From Clostridia bacterium (GTDB lineage: Bacteria; Bacillota; Clostridia; Christensenellales; Aristaeellaceae), in the NCBI GenBank assembly GCA_017463245.1, contig JAFTPN010000017.1, forward strand, positions 88,422-152,421: a stretch of DNA of 64,000 nucleotides, written 5' to 3'. This document shows positions 25,348-34,660 of this stretch, piece after piece. The position numbers and the translations under genes are program-made. Numbering within the stretch: the first letter of the stretch is position 1; every line of letters begins with the position of its first letter. Under the pieces are notes generated by a model, which saw only the letters and a list, made by a program, of their open reading frames with translations, was not told where the DNA came from and made no database searches.

Positions 25348-26799
25348 ATGCAAAAGATCACATTGAATCCCGCCCGCAGCGCGGGAACCATCAACAAGAA
25401 CATCTTTGGTCATTTTTCCGAGCATCTGGGTCGCTGCATCTACGGCGGCCTGTTTGTGGGCAAGGACAGCCCCATCCCCAACAAGAACGGCATGCGTACC
25501 GATGTGGTGGAGGCGCTGAAGAACATCAAGGTGCCTGTGCTGCGCTGGCCGGGCGGCTGCTTTGCCGATGAGTATCATTGGGAAGACGGCATCGGCCCCC
25601 AGGAAGGCCGCAAGCGCATGGTGAACACCAACTGGGGCGGCGTGGTGGAGGACAATTCCTTCGGCACCCACGAGTTCCTGGAATTGTGCGAGCAGATCGG
25701 CTGCGAACCCTACATCAATGCCAATGTGGGCAGCGGCACCGTGCGCGAAATGGCCGAGTGGGTGGAGTACCTGAACTCCGAGGGCGATTCCACCGTGGTG
25801 AAGAAGCGCTGGGCCAACGGCCGCAAGGATCCCTGGGGCGTGAAGTTCTGGGGCGTGGGCAACGAGAGCTGGGGCTGCGGCGGCAATATGCGCCCCGAAT
25901 ACTATGCCGATGAGTACCGCCGCTACCAGACCTACTGCCGAAACTACGGCAAGAACCGCCTGTTCCGCATTGCCTGCGGCCCCAATGGCGACGACTACAA
26001 CTGGACGGAAGTCCTGATGAAGAACGCCCGCTGGCACATGGACGCGCTGACCCTGCACCACTACACCATCTGCGGCGATCATTGGAACGACAAGCGCGCT
26101 GCCACGGGCTTCACCAGCGAGGAATATTACCGCACACTGAAGCACTCCACCAAGATGGAGGAGTTGGTGACCCGCCACAGCGCGATCATGGATCGCTACG
26201 ATCCTGAAAAGAAGGTCGCCCTCATCGTGGACGAGTGGGGCAACTGGTTCGACGTGGAACCCGGCACCAACCCCGGCTTCCTCTACCAGCAGAACACCAT
26301 GCGCGACGCCATGGTGGCCGCCATCACCCTGAATGTGTTCATGAACCATTGCGACCGCGTGTGCATGGCCAACCTGGCGCAGACGGTGAACGTTTTGCAG
26401 TCCGTGATCCTCACCGAGGGCGACAAGCTGGTGAAGACCCCCACCTACCACGTCTTCGACCTGTACAAGGCGCACCAGGACGCCCAGCAGGTGGACTGCT
26501 ATGTGGAAAGCGAAGAGGTGGGCGAGGGCAAGTTCACCCTGCCCCAGGTCATTGCCTCCGCTTCCCAGAAGGATGGCAAGCTGACCCTGACCCTGGCCAA
26601 CACCTCCATGGACAAGGCCACCGAGGCGGAGATCGCCGGTGTGTGCCTGTGCAAGGTGCAGGGACGCATTCTCCAGGGCGAAGCTGCCCAGTACAACGAT
26701 TTTGACAACAGCCCCCTGGCTGTTGCGGCCTTCGATGGCATCGAGGGCAACAAGGTCAAGCTGCCCGCCTGCTGCGTGGTGGAACTGACCATCGGGTAA
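25348..26799 (+). CDS. GH51 alpha-L-arabinofuranosidase
   Basis: 483 aa. ...[17 protein letters not shown]...[20 protein letters not shown]... and the acid/base region [12 protein letters not shown] are typical of GH51. Confidence 0.88.
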   Translation: MQKITLNPARSAGTINKNIFGHFSEHLGRCIYGGLFVGKDSPIPNKNGMRTDVVEALKNIKVPVLRWPGGCFADEYHWEDGIGPQEGRKRMVNTNWGGVVEDNSFGTHEFLELCEQIGCEPYINANVGSGTVREMAEWVEYLNSEGDSTVVKKRWANGRKDPWGVKFWGVGNESWGCGGNMRPEYYADEYRRYQTYCRNYGKNRLFRIACGPNGDDYNWTEVLMKNARWHMDALTLHHYTICGDHWNDKRAATGFTSEEYYRTLKHSTKMEELVTRHSAIMDRYDPEKKVALIVDEWGNWFDVEPGTNPGFLYQQNTMRDAMVAAITLNVFMNHCDRVCMANLAQTVNVLQSVILTEGDKLVKTPTYHVFDLYKAHQDAQQVDCYVESEEVGEGKFTLPQVIASASQKDGKLTLTLANTSMDKATEAEIAGVCLCKVQGRILQGEAAQYNDFDNSPLAVAAFDGIEGNKVKLPACCVVELTIG

Positions 26800-26812
26800 G
26801 CCTTGGTTTTTC

Positions 26813-26849
26813 AGCCGCTTCTGTCGGGATGATGGGAGCGGCTTTTGTT
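26813..26849 (+). terminator. rho-independent terminator after the GH51 gene
   Basis: AGCCGCT...AGCGGCT stem followed by TTTGTT. Confidence 0.55.
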
Positions 26850-26875
26850 CTATTTGAACAAGTGGAGCAAGTAGC

Positions 26876-26992
26876 TTTCCACCTCATCCGGCCTTGCGGC
26901 CACCTTCCCCTCAAGGGGAAGGCTTTTGCGTGGCCATACCTTGGCTTCCCCTTGAGGGGAAGCTGTCGCCGCAGCGACTGATGAGGTGGAAA
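26876..26992 (-). mobile_element. MITE-like element F2, short form
   Basis: TTTCCACCTCATC ... GATGAGGTGGAAA termini. The interior has GGCCTTGCGGCC and two TTCCCCTCAAGGGGAA/CTTCCCCTTGAGGGGAAG hairpins plus GTCGCCGCAGCGAC. It lacks the ~75-nt block of the long form. Confidence 0.8.
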
Positions 26993-27021
26993 GCTGCACA
27001 ACAGTCCTGCTTCTTTTTCCC

Positions 27022-27049
27022 TTGACTTTCCCCGCCTCTCATGTACAAT
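27022..27049 (+). promoter_or_regulatory. candidate promoter of the MATE transporter gene
   Basis: TTGACT (27022-27027), 16-nt spacer, TACAAT (27044-27049). Confidence 0.5.
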
Positions 27050-27081
27050 AGGAAGCGTTACGTTTCAAGGAGGAAATACCC

Positions 27082-28476
27082 ATGTTCAAGCGCTGTATTG
27101 GCGATAAGAGTTTCTATAAGGCGGTGCTGGCTCTGGCCATTCCGCTGGTGATCCAGCAGGCTATTACCAGCTTTGTCAACCTGCTGGACAATGTGATGGT
27201 GGGCGGATTGGGCACCGAGTCCATCAGCGCGGTGGCGGTGGTGAACCAGATCTTCATGGTGTTCAACCTGAGCCTTTTCGGCGGGCTGAGCGGCGCGTCC
27301 ATCTTTGGTGCGCAGTTCTTTGGCAAGGGCGACATGAAGGGCATGCGGGACACCTTCCGCTTCAAAATGATCTTCGGCGTGGTGCTGACCATCATCGGCA
27401 CGGCGCTGCTGACGGTGTTCGGCGAGACCTTCATCAACCTGTTCCTGCAGGGCGAGGCGGACGGCGGCTCCACGGAGCTGGCGCTGCAGGAGGGTCTGAA
27501 CTATCTGCACATCATGCTGTGGGGCTTCTTCCCCTTCATGGTGGTGCAGGGCTATGTCAGCTCTCTTCGCGAGACCGGCGAGACCTATGCTCCCATGAAG
27601 GCCAGCGTGTATGCCATTCTGACCAACCTGGTGCTGAACTATCTGCTGATCTTCGGCCACTTCGGCTTCCCGCGCATGGGCGTTTCCGGCGCGGCGCTGG
27701 CCACGGTGATCTCCCGCTATGTGGAAATGGTCTACATCCTGCTCCATGCCCACCGCCATCCGGAGAAGTACCACTTCCTGCACGGTGCCTACCGCAGCCT
27801 GCACATCGATGGTGCGCTGCTGAAGAAGATCGCCGTGACCGGCACGCCCCTGATGCTCAACGAGGTGCTTTGGTCCCTGGGCATGACCTTCATCAACCAG
27901 AGCTACTCCACCCGCGGCCTTTCTGCGGTGGCGGCCATCAATATCACCGGCACGGCCTGGAACCTGTTCTGCGTGGTGATGTTTGCCATGGGCAGCGCGG
28001 TGGCCATCATGGTGGGGCAGAAGCTGGGCGCAGGCGACAAGGAAGGCGCACGGGACGTGGATCGCAAGCTGGTGTTCCTCACGGTGGTGATGCACATCAT
28101 CATGGGCACGCTGCTGATCCTCTGCTCCGGGCTGATCCCCCTGATGTACAATGTGGAGGACAGCGTGCGGGAGCTGACCCGTCAGCTGCTGATGGTGGCG
28201 GGCGCGTCTTTGCCCATCCATGCCTATGTCCATGTGGTGTACTTCACCATCCGCTCCGGCGGCAAAACGGTGATCACCTTCATGTTCGACTGCGTGTACA
28301 CCTGGGTGGTGCCGGTGGCGCTGGCCTTTGCGCTGTGCCACTATACGCAGCTGCCGGTGCTGGGCGTGTATTTCTGCATCCAGTTCATTGATATCATCAA
28401 GGTGATCATCGGTGCGCTGATGCTCAAGTCCGACTTCTGGGCCAACAATGTGGTGAATGAGGTCAGCGAGGTATAA
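27082..28476 (+). CDS. MATE-family efflux transporter
   Basis: 464 aa with 12 predicted TM segments. The N-terminus ...LALAIPLVIQQAITSFVNLLDNVMVGGLG... is typical of MatE. AAGGAGGAAATACCC RBS. Confidence 0.88.
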   Translation: MFKRCIGDKSFYKAVLALAIPLVIQQAITSFVNLLDNVMVGGLGTESISAVAVVNQIFMVFNLSLFGGLSGASIFGAQFFGKGDMKGMRDTFRFKMIFGVVLTIIGTALLTVFGETFINLFLQGEADGGSTELALQEGLNYLHIMLWGFFPFMVVQGYVSSLRETGETYAPMKASVYAILTNLVLNYLLIFGHFGFPRMGVSGAALATVISRYVEMVYILLHAHRHPEKYHFLHGAYRSLHIDGALLKKIAVTGTPLMLNEVLWSLGMTFINQSYSTRGLSAVAAINITGTAWNLFCVVMFAMGSAVAIMVGQKLGAGDKEGARDVDRKLVFLTVVMHIIMGTLLILCSGLIPLMYNVEDSVRELTRQLLMVAGASLPIHAYVHVVYFTIRSGGKTVITFMFDCVYTWVVPVALAFALCHYTQLPVLGVYFCIQFIDIIKVIIGALMLKSDFWANNVVNEVSEV

Positions 28477-28518
28477 TGTCTCCTGCGCTGGGGCAACCTT
28501 CCAGCGAGGTGATGAACT

Positions 28519-28986
28519 ATGATGTGGACGCAGAAAGAAGCGTCGCTCCTGGAAGACCTGAAGGCACAAGAGAAGCTCTGCATTGAGAAATACGGCAAGT
28601 ATGCCCAGCAGGCCAAGGATCCCCAGCTCAAGCAGCTCTTCAGCCAGATCCAGCAGACCGAGCAGCAGCACGAGCAGACCGTGACCCAGATGCTGAACGG
28701 CACCATTCCCCAGCTGAACCAGCAGGGCGGCGGCCAGCAGCAGAACCAGCAGGCGGGTCAGCTGCCCGCCTATGGCCAGCAGCCCTCGCAGGACAAGCAG
28801 GACGATGCCTACCTGTGCCAGGATGCCCTGAGCATGGAAAAGCACGTCAGCGGCGTGTACAACATGAGCGTGTTTGAGTTCCGCGCACCTCAGGCGCGGG
28901 ATGTGCTGAGCCACCTGCAGCAGGAGGAACAGCAGCACGGCGAGATGCTCTATGGTTATATGGCGAAAAACGGTATGCAGGCGTGA
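28519..28986 (+). CDS. CotF-like (Coat_F domain) protein with Q-rich linker
   Basis: Two Coat_F-like helical halves (EASLLEDLKAQEKLCIEKYGKYAQQAKDPQLKQLF.. and DAYLCQDALSMEKHVSGVYNMSVFEFRAPQARDVLSHLQQEEQQHGEMLYGYM) are joined by NQQGGGQQQNQQAGQLPAYGQQPSQ. Confidence 0.65.
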   Translation: MMWTQKEASLLEDLKAQEKLCIEKYGKYAQQAKDPQLKQLFSQIQQTEQQHEQTVTQMLNGTIPQLNQQGGGQQQNQQAGQLPAYGQQPSQDKQDDAYLCQDALSMEKHVSGVYNMSVFEFRAPQARDVLSHLQQEEQQHGEMLYGYMAKNGMQA

Positions 28987-28991
28987 GAAAC

Positions 28992-29030
28992 AGGGAGGAA
29001 GTCCAAGCGGCTTCCTCCCTGAAAATTTTT
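28992..29030 (+). terminator. rho-independent terminator
   Basis: AGGGAGGAAG-TCCAAGCGG-CTTCCTCCCT followed by GAAAATTTTT. Confidence 0.7.
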
Positions 29031-29122
29031 ATGCTGGTAACGTTTCCGGAAGGAGAAACGCCTCCTTTGGCGAATGCTAACCACATACCCCATTGATGAT
29101 GAAGAAAGCAGGGTGTCATGAC

Positions 29123-31201
29123 ATGATCCGCCGTTACGATTTCGGCTCACCTATCCATACCGGCGCGGTGGTGCGGGAAATTTCCGCAGAAAACGCCGCT
29201 GTGCCTTACTTTGCCACCGAGGTGCAGGACAGCCGGGTACGCTTTACCATTCCCATGGATGCGGACGACCTGGTGTTCGGCCTGGGCGAGAGCCTGCGGG
29301 GCATCAACAAGCGCGGCCACCTGTACCGCGCCTGGAACTCCGATGATTTCTCCCACACCGAGAACAAGGCCAGCATCTACGCCTCCCACAACCTGCTGCT
29401 GTTCAGCGGCAAGGAGAAGCTCTTCGGCGTGTATTTCGACGATCCCGGCGCCATGGAGTTCGACCTGGGCTACACCCGGGGCGATACCGCCGTGATCACC
29501 TCCGAAAACGGCGATCTGAGCGTGTATATCATCGAGGCGGAGAGCCTCACCGCCATCTGCAAGGAGTTCCGCGGGCTGACCGGCCGCAGCTACATGCCCC
29601 CTAAATGGGCATTTGGCTACATCCAGTCCCGCTGGGGCTATTCCTCCGATCCCGAGGTGCGCAATGTGGTGAAGGAGCACCGCGACCGCCACATCCCCCT
29701 GGACGGCGTGTGCATGGACATCGACTACATGGAGGACTTCAAGGACTTCACCTGGAACAAAAAGAACTTCCCTGACCTGCGGAAGTTCAACGACGATATG
29801 CGGCAGGATCACATCCGGCTGATCCCCATCATCGATGCGGGCGTGAAGCAGCTGGAGGGCTACGACACCTGCGATGCGGGTCTGGAGAAGGACTACTTCG
29901 TCAAGAAGGCCGACGGCAAGCCCTTTGTGGGCGCGGTGTGGCCCGGCCGCAGCTACTTCCCGGATTTCCTGCGGGAGGATGTGCGCACCTGGTTCGGCGG
30001 GGAATACAAAAAGCTGATGGACGAGGGCATTGAAGGCTTCTGGAACGATATGAACGAGCCCGCGCTGTTCTACTCCGAGGAGAGCATTGCCGAGGCCTTC
30101 GCCGTGGCGGACAAGCTGCGCCATGAGAACCTGGACATCCACAGCGCCTTTGCCCTGAAGGACGCCTTCAACGGCACGGCCAACAACATGGAGGACTACC
30201 GCCGCTTCTACCATGAGGTGGACGGCCAGACCATCCGCCACGACAAGATCCACAACCTTTACGGCGCTTACATGACCCGCGCCGCTGCCGAGGGCTTCCG
30301 CCGGTATGACAGCAGCAAGCGCTTCCTGCTGTTCAGCCGCGCCAGCTTTGTGGGTGCCCACCGCTACGGCGGCGTGTGGCAGGGCGACAACTCCTCCTGG
30401 TGGAGCCACATCAAGCTGAATTTGCAGATGCTGCCTTCCCTGAACATGTGCGGCTTCCTGTACAGCGGCGCCGACCTGGGCGGCTTCAGCTGCAACACCA
30501 CCGAGGATCTGATGCTCCGCTGGCTGCAGCTGGGCGTGTTCAGCCCCCTGATGCGCAACCACTCCGCCGACCACACCCGGGAGCAGGAGGTCTACCGCTT
30601 TGCCAACTGGGAGGATATGCGGGACATCATCACCGTGCGCTATGGCCTGCTGCCCTACCTGTACAGCGAATTCATGAAGGCTGCCCTCACCGACGGGATG
30701 TACTTCCGCCCCCTGGCGTTCGACTATCCCACCGATGATGTGGCCTGCCGGGTGGAGGATCAGGTGATGCTGGGCAGCGACTGCATGATCGCCCCGGTGT
30801 ACGAGCAGAACGCCCGCGGCCGCCATGTGTACCTGCCCGAGGATATGCTGATGGTGCGCTTCCGCTCCGCCACGGATTACGACCTGACCCCCATGGAGGC
30901 CGGGCACTACTGGATCGAGCTGGCGCTGAACGAAATGCCCCTGTTCATCCGCCGCGGCCATGTGGTGCCCCTGGCCAAGCCTGCGGAGTATGTGGAGGGC
31001 ATCGACTTCACCGACTTGCGCCTGCTGGGCTGGCTGGACGCGGGCATCACCACCACCCTCTACAACGACGACGGCCAGACCACCGAGCCTGTGCTGGAGC
31101 GCGGCCTCACCACCATCACCGTGACGGTGGAGGGGGAGAACGTCACCGCCCAGGGCGCGGGGCTGACGCTGAATGCGGACGATGTGATCGTGGGCGAATA
31201 A
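29123..31201 (+). CDS. GH31 alpha-glucosidase/alpha-xylosidase family enzyme
   Basis: The GH31 nucleophile region GFWNDMNEP and the acid/base region GVWQGDNSSWW are present. The start is uncertain: ATG 29123 (MIRRYDF..) is chosen, and ATG 29093 is possible. Confidence 0.85.
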   Translation: MIRRYDFGSPIHTGAVVREISAENAAVPYFATEVQDSRVRFTIPMDADDLVFGLGESLRGINKRGHLYRAWNSDDFSHTENKASIYASHNLLLFSGKEKLFGVYFDDPGAMEFDLGYTRGDTAVITSENGDLSVYIIEAESLTAICKEFRGLTGRSYMPPKWAFGYIQSRWGYSSDPEVRNVVKEHRDRHIPLDGVCMDIDYMEDFKDFTWNKKNFPDLRKFNDDMRQDHIRLIPIIDAGVKQLEGYDTCDAGLEKDYFVKKADGKPFVGAVWPGRSYFPDFLREDVRTWFGGEYKKLMDEGIEGFWNDMNEPALFYSEESIAEAFAVADKLRHENLDIHSAFALKDAFNGTANNMEDYRRFYHEVDGQTIRHDKIHNLYGAYMTRAAAEGFRRYDSSKRFLLFSRASFVGAHRYGGVWQGDNSSWWSHIKLNLQMLPSLNMCGFLYSGADLGGFSCNTTEDLMLRWLQLGVFSPLMRNHSADHTREQEVYRFANWEDMRDIITVRYGLLPYLYSEFMKAALTDGMYFRPLAFDYPTDDVACRVEDQVMLGSDCMIAPVYEQNARGRHVYLPEDMLMVRFRSATDYDLTPMEAGHYWIELALNEMPLFIRRGHVVPLAKPAEYVEGIDFTDLRLLGWLDAGITTTLYNDDGQTTEPVLERGLTTITVTVEGENVTAQGAGLTLNADDVIVGE

Positions 31202-31210
31202 ATCAACAAG

Positions 31211-31249
31211 AAAACGGCTGCTTTCCTTTGCTGGAGAGCAGCCGTTTTT
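31211..31249. terminator. bidirectional terminator between convergent genes
   Basis: AAAACGGCTGC-...-GCAGCCGTTTT, with an A-run and a T-run on either side. Confidence 0.7.
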
Positions 31250-31252
31250 GTA

Positions 31253-31609
31253 TTACAGGTCGATGCGTACCCGGAAACCCTTTGTTGATTCGAGCGAGAA
31301 CAGCGGCAGGCCATGCATGAGGTATTTGCTGTCCTTCAGCGCGGCAAACATTTCCCGCGCCTGTTCCTCGGTGATGGGCGGGTCAAGGCGTTCGGCCTGC
31401 TGCACATCCTCCAGGGAGACCAGGTCATCCACATCCAGTTCGTCACGGGTGCGCCAGATGGTCTCCAGCTTCTTCTCGTAGTCCTTGCGTGCCTGGGCGG
31501 AGGCGGACTTGGCCAGCAGGTGCATGCCCGCCTTGCTGAACAGGAATCCCGTGGGGAGCCAGAAGGTTTTGTCAGAATCCTTTTGGGGGTCATAAATGCG
31601 AATCTTCAT
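31253..31609 (-). CDS. hypothetical protein, apparently related to the C-terminal domain of the upstream XRE regulator
   Basis: Trimmed to ATG 31609 (MKIRIYDPQKDSDKTFWLPTGFLF...KGFRVRIDL). It lies 10 nt downstream of the XRE gene. The termini echo the ..VRICINLPFVFF.. / ..GKLVDVNDASIKLAIW.. pattern of the regulator. Confidence 0.5.
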   Translation of the reverse strand: MKIRIYDPQKDSDKTFWLPTGFLFSKAGMHLLAKSASAQARKDYEKKLETIWRTRDELDVDDLVSLEDVQQAERLDPPITEEQAREMFAALKDSKYLMHGLPLFSLESTKGFRVRIDL

Positions 31610-31619
31610 CCTGCTCACC

Positions 31620-32141
31620 TCACTCTGTCCAAATGGCCAGCTTGATGCTGGCATCGTTCACATCCACCAGCTTGCCCGTCACGCCGGATTCGATCATCTG
31701 CACAATGGCCTTGTAATCCAGATCGTGCAAGGCCTGAACGGTGGCGGGGCTGATCTCGTCACCATCTGCGTTGAAGGTGAACGACAGCATATTGTACAGC
31801 ACCGCATATCGGAAAAAGACGAAGGGCAGGTTGATGCAGATGCGGACTTCACCGGGCTCTTCCACAGCCATGCGGACGATCAGCTCTTCGGGCTTCCGGG
31901 CGGGGACGTCGGTGGTGGCGGCAGCATCGGCACCGGTGAGCAGCAGGTCGATGCTTACGCCCAGGCAATTGGCCAGGCGGGGCAGCGCCATGATGTCCGG
32001 GCAGGACTGGGCGTTCTCCCATTTGCTTACGGCCTGAGGCGATACATCCATCATTTCGGAGAGTGCCTCCTGGGTCAGTCCCTGCTGTTTGCGCAGGGCT
32101 TGAATGCGCTGCCCCAGGGAGAGGGATTTCATGTCGGTCAT
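31620..32141 (-). CDS. XRE-family HTH transcriptional regulator with C-terminal extension
   Basis: Trimmed to ATG 32141, after an AAAGGAGG RBS. LGQRIQALRKQQGLTQEALSEMMDVSPQAVSKWENAQSCPDIMALPRLANCLGVSIDLLL is a classical HTH_3/XRE domain. Confidence 0.85.
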   Translation of the reverse strand: MTDMKSLSLGQRIQALRKQQGLTQEALSEMMDVSPQAVSKWENAQSCPDIMALPRLANCLGVSIDLLLTGADAAATTDVPARKPEELIVRMAVEEPGEVRICINLPFVFFRYAVLYNMLSFTFNADGDEISPATVQALHDLDYKAIVQMIESGVTGKLVDVNDASIKLAIWTE

Positions 32142-32168
32142 GGGGTGGCCTCCTTTCGATGGCTGCAT

Positions 32169-32213
32169 CATAGCACAACGGACGGTTGAGTTCCATAGCA
32201 CAACGGTTGAGTT
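32169..32213 (-). promoter_or_regulatory. tandem direct repeats overlapping an extended -10; candidate operator of the XRE gene
   Basis: Plus strand: CATAGCACAACGGACGGTTGAGTT (32169-32192) and CATAGCACAACGGTTGAGTT (32194-32213). On the minus strand the proximal copy supplies TGcTATGAT. Confidence 0.45.
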
Positions 32214-32220
32214 GGCCTGT

Positions 32221-32256
32221 TTTTGGTGAAAAACCGCAGCGGTTTTGTCGCTGCGG
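32221..32256 (-). terminator. rho-independent terminator of rqcH
   Basis: Minus strand: CCGCAGCG-ACAAAAC-CGCTGCGG followed by TTTTTCACCAAAA. Confidence 0.7.
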
Positions 32257-32263
32257 CAGGGGG

Positions 32264-33988
32264 TTATTCTTCAACCAGCCTGATCTTCCTCACATCCGCC
32301 TCGGTCACGGTCATGAACAGGGTGCGCTGATTGGTGTAGATCATCATGCCCGGCGCGGCGCCGCTGGGCTTTTTCACGTGGCGGCGCAGGGTGTAGTCGA
32401 TGGGCACGGAGGAGGAGCGCTGCCCCTTGGAGTACCACGCGGCCAGGATGGCGGCTTCCTTCAGGGTCTGGTCGGGCAGGTCGCCCTCGTGGTGGACGAT
32501 GACGTGGCTGCCGGGCATATCCTTGGCGTGGAGCCACCACTCGTTGGGGCGGGCGCCGGTGGTGAGGCGGTCGTTCTGGGCGGCGTTCTTGCCCACCTCC
32601 ATCAGGATGCCGTCGCTGGATTCATACTTGTAGGGCTTCGACTTGGGCAGGGCGCGCTGCTGGCGGCGGTTGGTGTTGCGCTTCATGTAGCCGGTGCGCA
32701 CCAGCTCCTGGCGGATCTCCTCCAGTTCGCTTTCGCCCACGCACTTGCCCACGTCCAGCAGCATGGTCTCCAGATAGTTCAGCTCTTCGAGGGTCTTTTC
32801 CTTCTGCTGGGCGGCGGTCTCCCGGGCGGAGCGCGCCTTCTGGTACTTCTTGAAGTACCGCTGGGCGTTCTGGGTGGGGGTGAGCTGAATGTCCAGGGGG
32901 ATCACGATGCTGCCGCCGTTTTCATCATAGAAGTTGGGCAGCTCGGCCTGCTGCATTCCCTTGCGGAGCTGCCACAGGTTGGCATTGAGGATCTCGCCCA
33001 TCAGGCGGAATTCCTCCATGCGGGCGGCGGAGGCCAGCTCCTCCTCCTGCAAGGCCAGCTTCTTTTCGCAGCGCTCGATTTGCCCCTTCAGCAGGCGCAC
33101 CATGGAGGCGCTCTTCTGGTTGATGCGATCCTGGGCGTCACGGGCACCAAAGTAGCGTTCCAGCGCAGCGGACAGGGAGTCGTATTCCTTCTGCATGTCC
33201 AGGGGCTGGCTGAGATAGGGGAAGGCGAACACATCCAGGGCGTCGCCTACCTCGTCCAGCAGCACCCGGGGAGAGGCCATGTCCGGCAGGCGGCGCAAAA
33301 GGTCGGCCAGCCGGGCGGCGGCTTCTGGCAAATCGCAGTTGGCCACGCGGAAGGCCAGCTCCCTGGCCGCGGGATTGGACAGGCCGGAAACGCTGGCAGC
33401 CAGCGCCTTGTGCAGGGGAGCATCCCCCTGAGCAAGCAGCTTGGCATGGAGCGCCTCGGCGGTGATGTCCTCCGGCTGCAGCTTGTCCTGGGCAGGGGGC
33501 GGCAGGTAGGTCAGGCCGGGCTGGATCTGCCGCACACGGCTCATTTCCATGTTCACATGGCGGGCAGCTTCCAATATCTTGTCCTGCCCGTCCACCAGGA
33601 TCAGGTTGGAGTGCCGCCCCATGACCTCCAGGATCAGGCGGCGCAGCACATGGTCGCCCAGCTCGTCCACCACATCCACATCGATGTACACGATGCGGTC
33701 GCCGCCGATCTGCGTCACGCTCTGCACGCGGCCGCCCAGCAGCTGCTTGCGCAGCAGCATGCAGAACATGGGCGGCTCCAGCGGGTTGGGAAAGTTTGAC
33801 GTGGTGAGGTGGCAGCGGGCATTGTTGGGGGAGGCGCACAGAAGCAGCTTTTTGTTTTCGCTGCCCGCGCGGATCAGCAGGATCACGGTGTCCTTCTCCG
33901 GCTGGGTGATTTTATCGATACGGCCGCCGCACAGGGCTGCGTGCAGCTCCCTGGCAGCAAAGCCGATGGTGAGTCCGTCCATAGGCAT
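32264..33988 (-). CDS. rqcH: NFACT-family ribosome quality-control protein (fibronectin-binding protein A homolog)
   Basis: Trimmed to ATG 33988 (MPMDGLTIGFAARELHAALCGGRIDKITQPEKD...), after GGAAGGAGGAAC. NFACT-N, a coiled coil, and C-terminal ...WWLHAKDMPGSHVIVH... (NFACT-R) are present. Confidence 0.88.
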   Translation of the reverse strand: MPMDGLTIGFAARELHAALCGGRIDKITQPEKDTVILLIRAGSENKKLLLCASPNNARCHLTTSNFPNPLEPPMFCMLLRKQLLGGRVQSVTQIGGDRIVYIDVDVVDELGDHVLRRLILEVMGRHSNLILVDGQDKILEAARHVNMEMSRVRQIQPGLTYLPPPAQDKLQPEDITAEALHAKLLAQGDAPLHKALAASVSGLSNPAARELAFRVANCDLPEAAARLADLLRRLPDMASPRVLLDEVGDALDVFAFPYLSQPLDMQKEYDSLSAALERYFGARDAQDRINQKSASMVRLLKGQIERCEKKLALQEEELASAARMEEFRLMGEILNANLWQLRKGMQQAELPNFYDENGGSIVIPLDIQLTPTQNAQRYFKKYQKARSARETAAQQKEKTLEELNYLETMLLDVGKCVGESELEEIRQELVRTGYMKRNTNRRQQRALPKSKPYKYESSDGILMEVGKNAAQNDRLTTGARPNEWWLHAKDMPGSHVIVHHEGDLPDQTLKEAAILAAWYSKGQRSSSVPIDYTLRRHVKKPSGAAPGMMIYTNQRTLFMTVTEADVRKIRLVEE

Positions 33989-34103
33989 GGGGAAGTTCCT
34001 CCTTCCGGTGTCCCTGCTATTATACGGCATTTTGCCCAAATTGCAAAGGAAAACCGCAGGAGGCAGCGAACATGGAAAAAAGAAAATATTTTGCGGAAAC
34101 AGC

Positions 34104-34128
34104 GAAACATTTGTCGGGTATGTGCGAC
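34104..34128 (+). promoter_or_regulatory. candidate ECF-type autoregulated promoter
   Basis: GAAAC (34104-34108), 16-nt spacer, CGAC (34125-34128), about 45 nt upstream of the ECF sigma gene. This resembles the GAAC/GAAAC-N16-17-CGTC class. Confidence 0.4.
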
Positions 34129-34171
34129 TAACAAATGGAAGCAGCAAAACCGGCCGGGAAGGAGGCGCTGC

Positions 34172-34660
34172 ATGGAAGACTTTGAGAAAATGTGTCACCA
34201 GGAATACCAAACGGTGCAGAAGTTCCTGCTGCGCCTGAGCGGCAATGCCGAGCTGGCGGAGGAGCTGACCCAGGAGACCTTCTACCAGGCGATGCGCAAG
34301 TGGAAAACCTTCCGCAACCAATGCGCGGTGTCCACCTGGCTGTGCGGCATTGCCAAGAACCTGTTTTACACCTACTGCCGCAAGCCCAAGCCAGCCCCCA
34401 TCGACCAGGTGCCTGAAAAACCGGGGGAGGACTTTGTGGACACGCTGCTGGACAAGGAGCAGCGCCTGCAGGCGCACAAGCTTCTGCACAGCCTGCCGGA
34501 GCCGTACAAGGAAGTGGTAACGCTGCGCACCTTTGGCGAGCTGACCCACCAGGAAATCGGCGCGCTGTTCGGTAAGCCCGAGCGCTGGGCGCGGGTGACC
34601 TATTACCGGGGCAGGCAGATGCTTGTCCGACTGATGAAGGGAGAGGAATTTGATGAGTGA
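34172..34660 (+). CDS. ECF-subfamily RNA polymerase sigma-70 factor
   Basis: Trimmed to ATG 34172 after GGAAGGAGG. Region 2 (..AEELTQETFYQAMRKWKTF....STWLCGIAKNLFY..) and region 4 (..PEPYKEVVTLRTFGELTHQEIGALFGKPERWARVTYYRGRQML..) are present. Confidence 0.88.
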   Translation: MEDFEKMCHQEYQTVQKFLLRLSGNAELAEELTQETFYQAMRKWKTFRNQCAVSTWLCGIAKNLFYTYCRKPKPAPIDQVPEKPGEDFVDTLLDKEQRLQAHKLLHSLPEPYKEVVTLRTFGELTHQEIGALFGKPERWARVTYYRGRQMLVRLMKGEEFDE

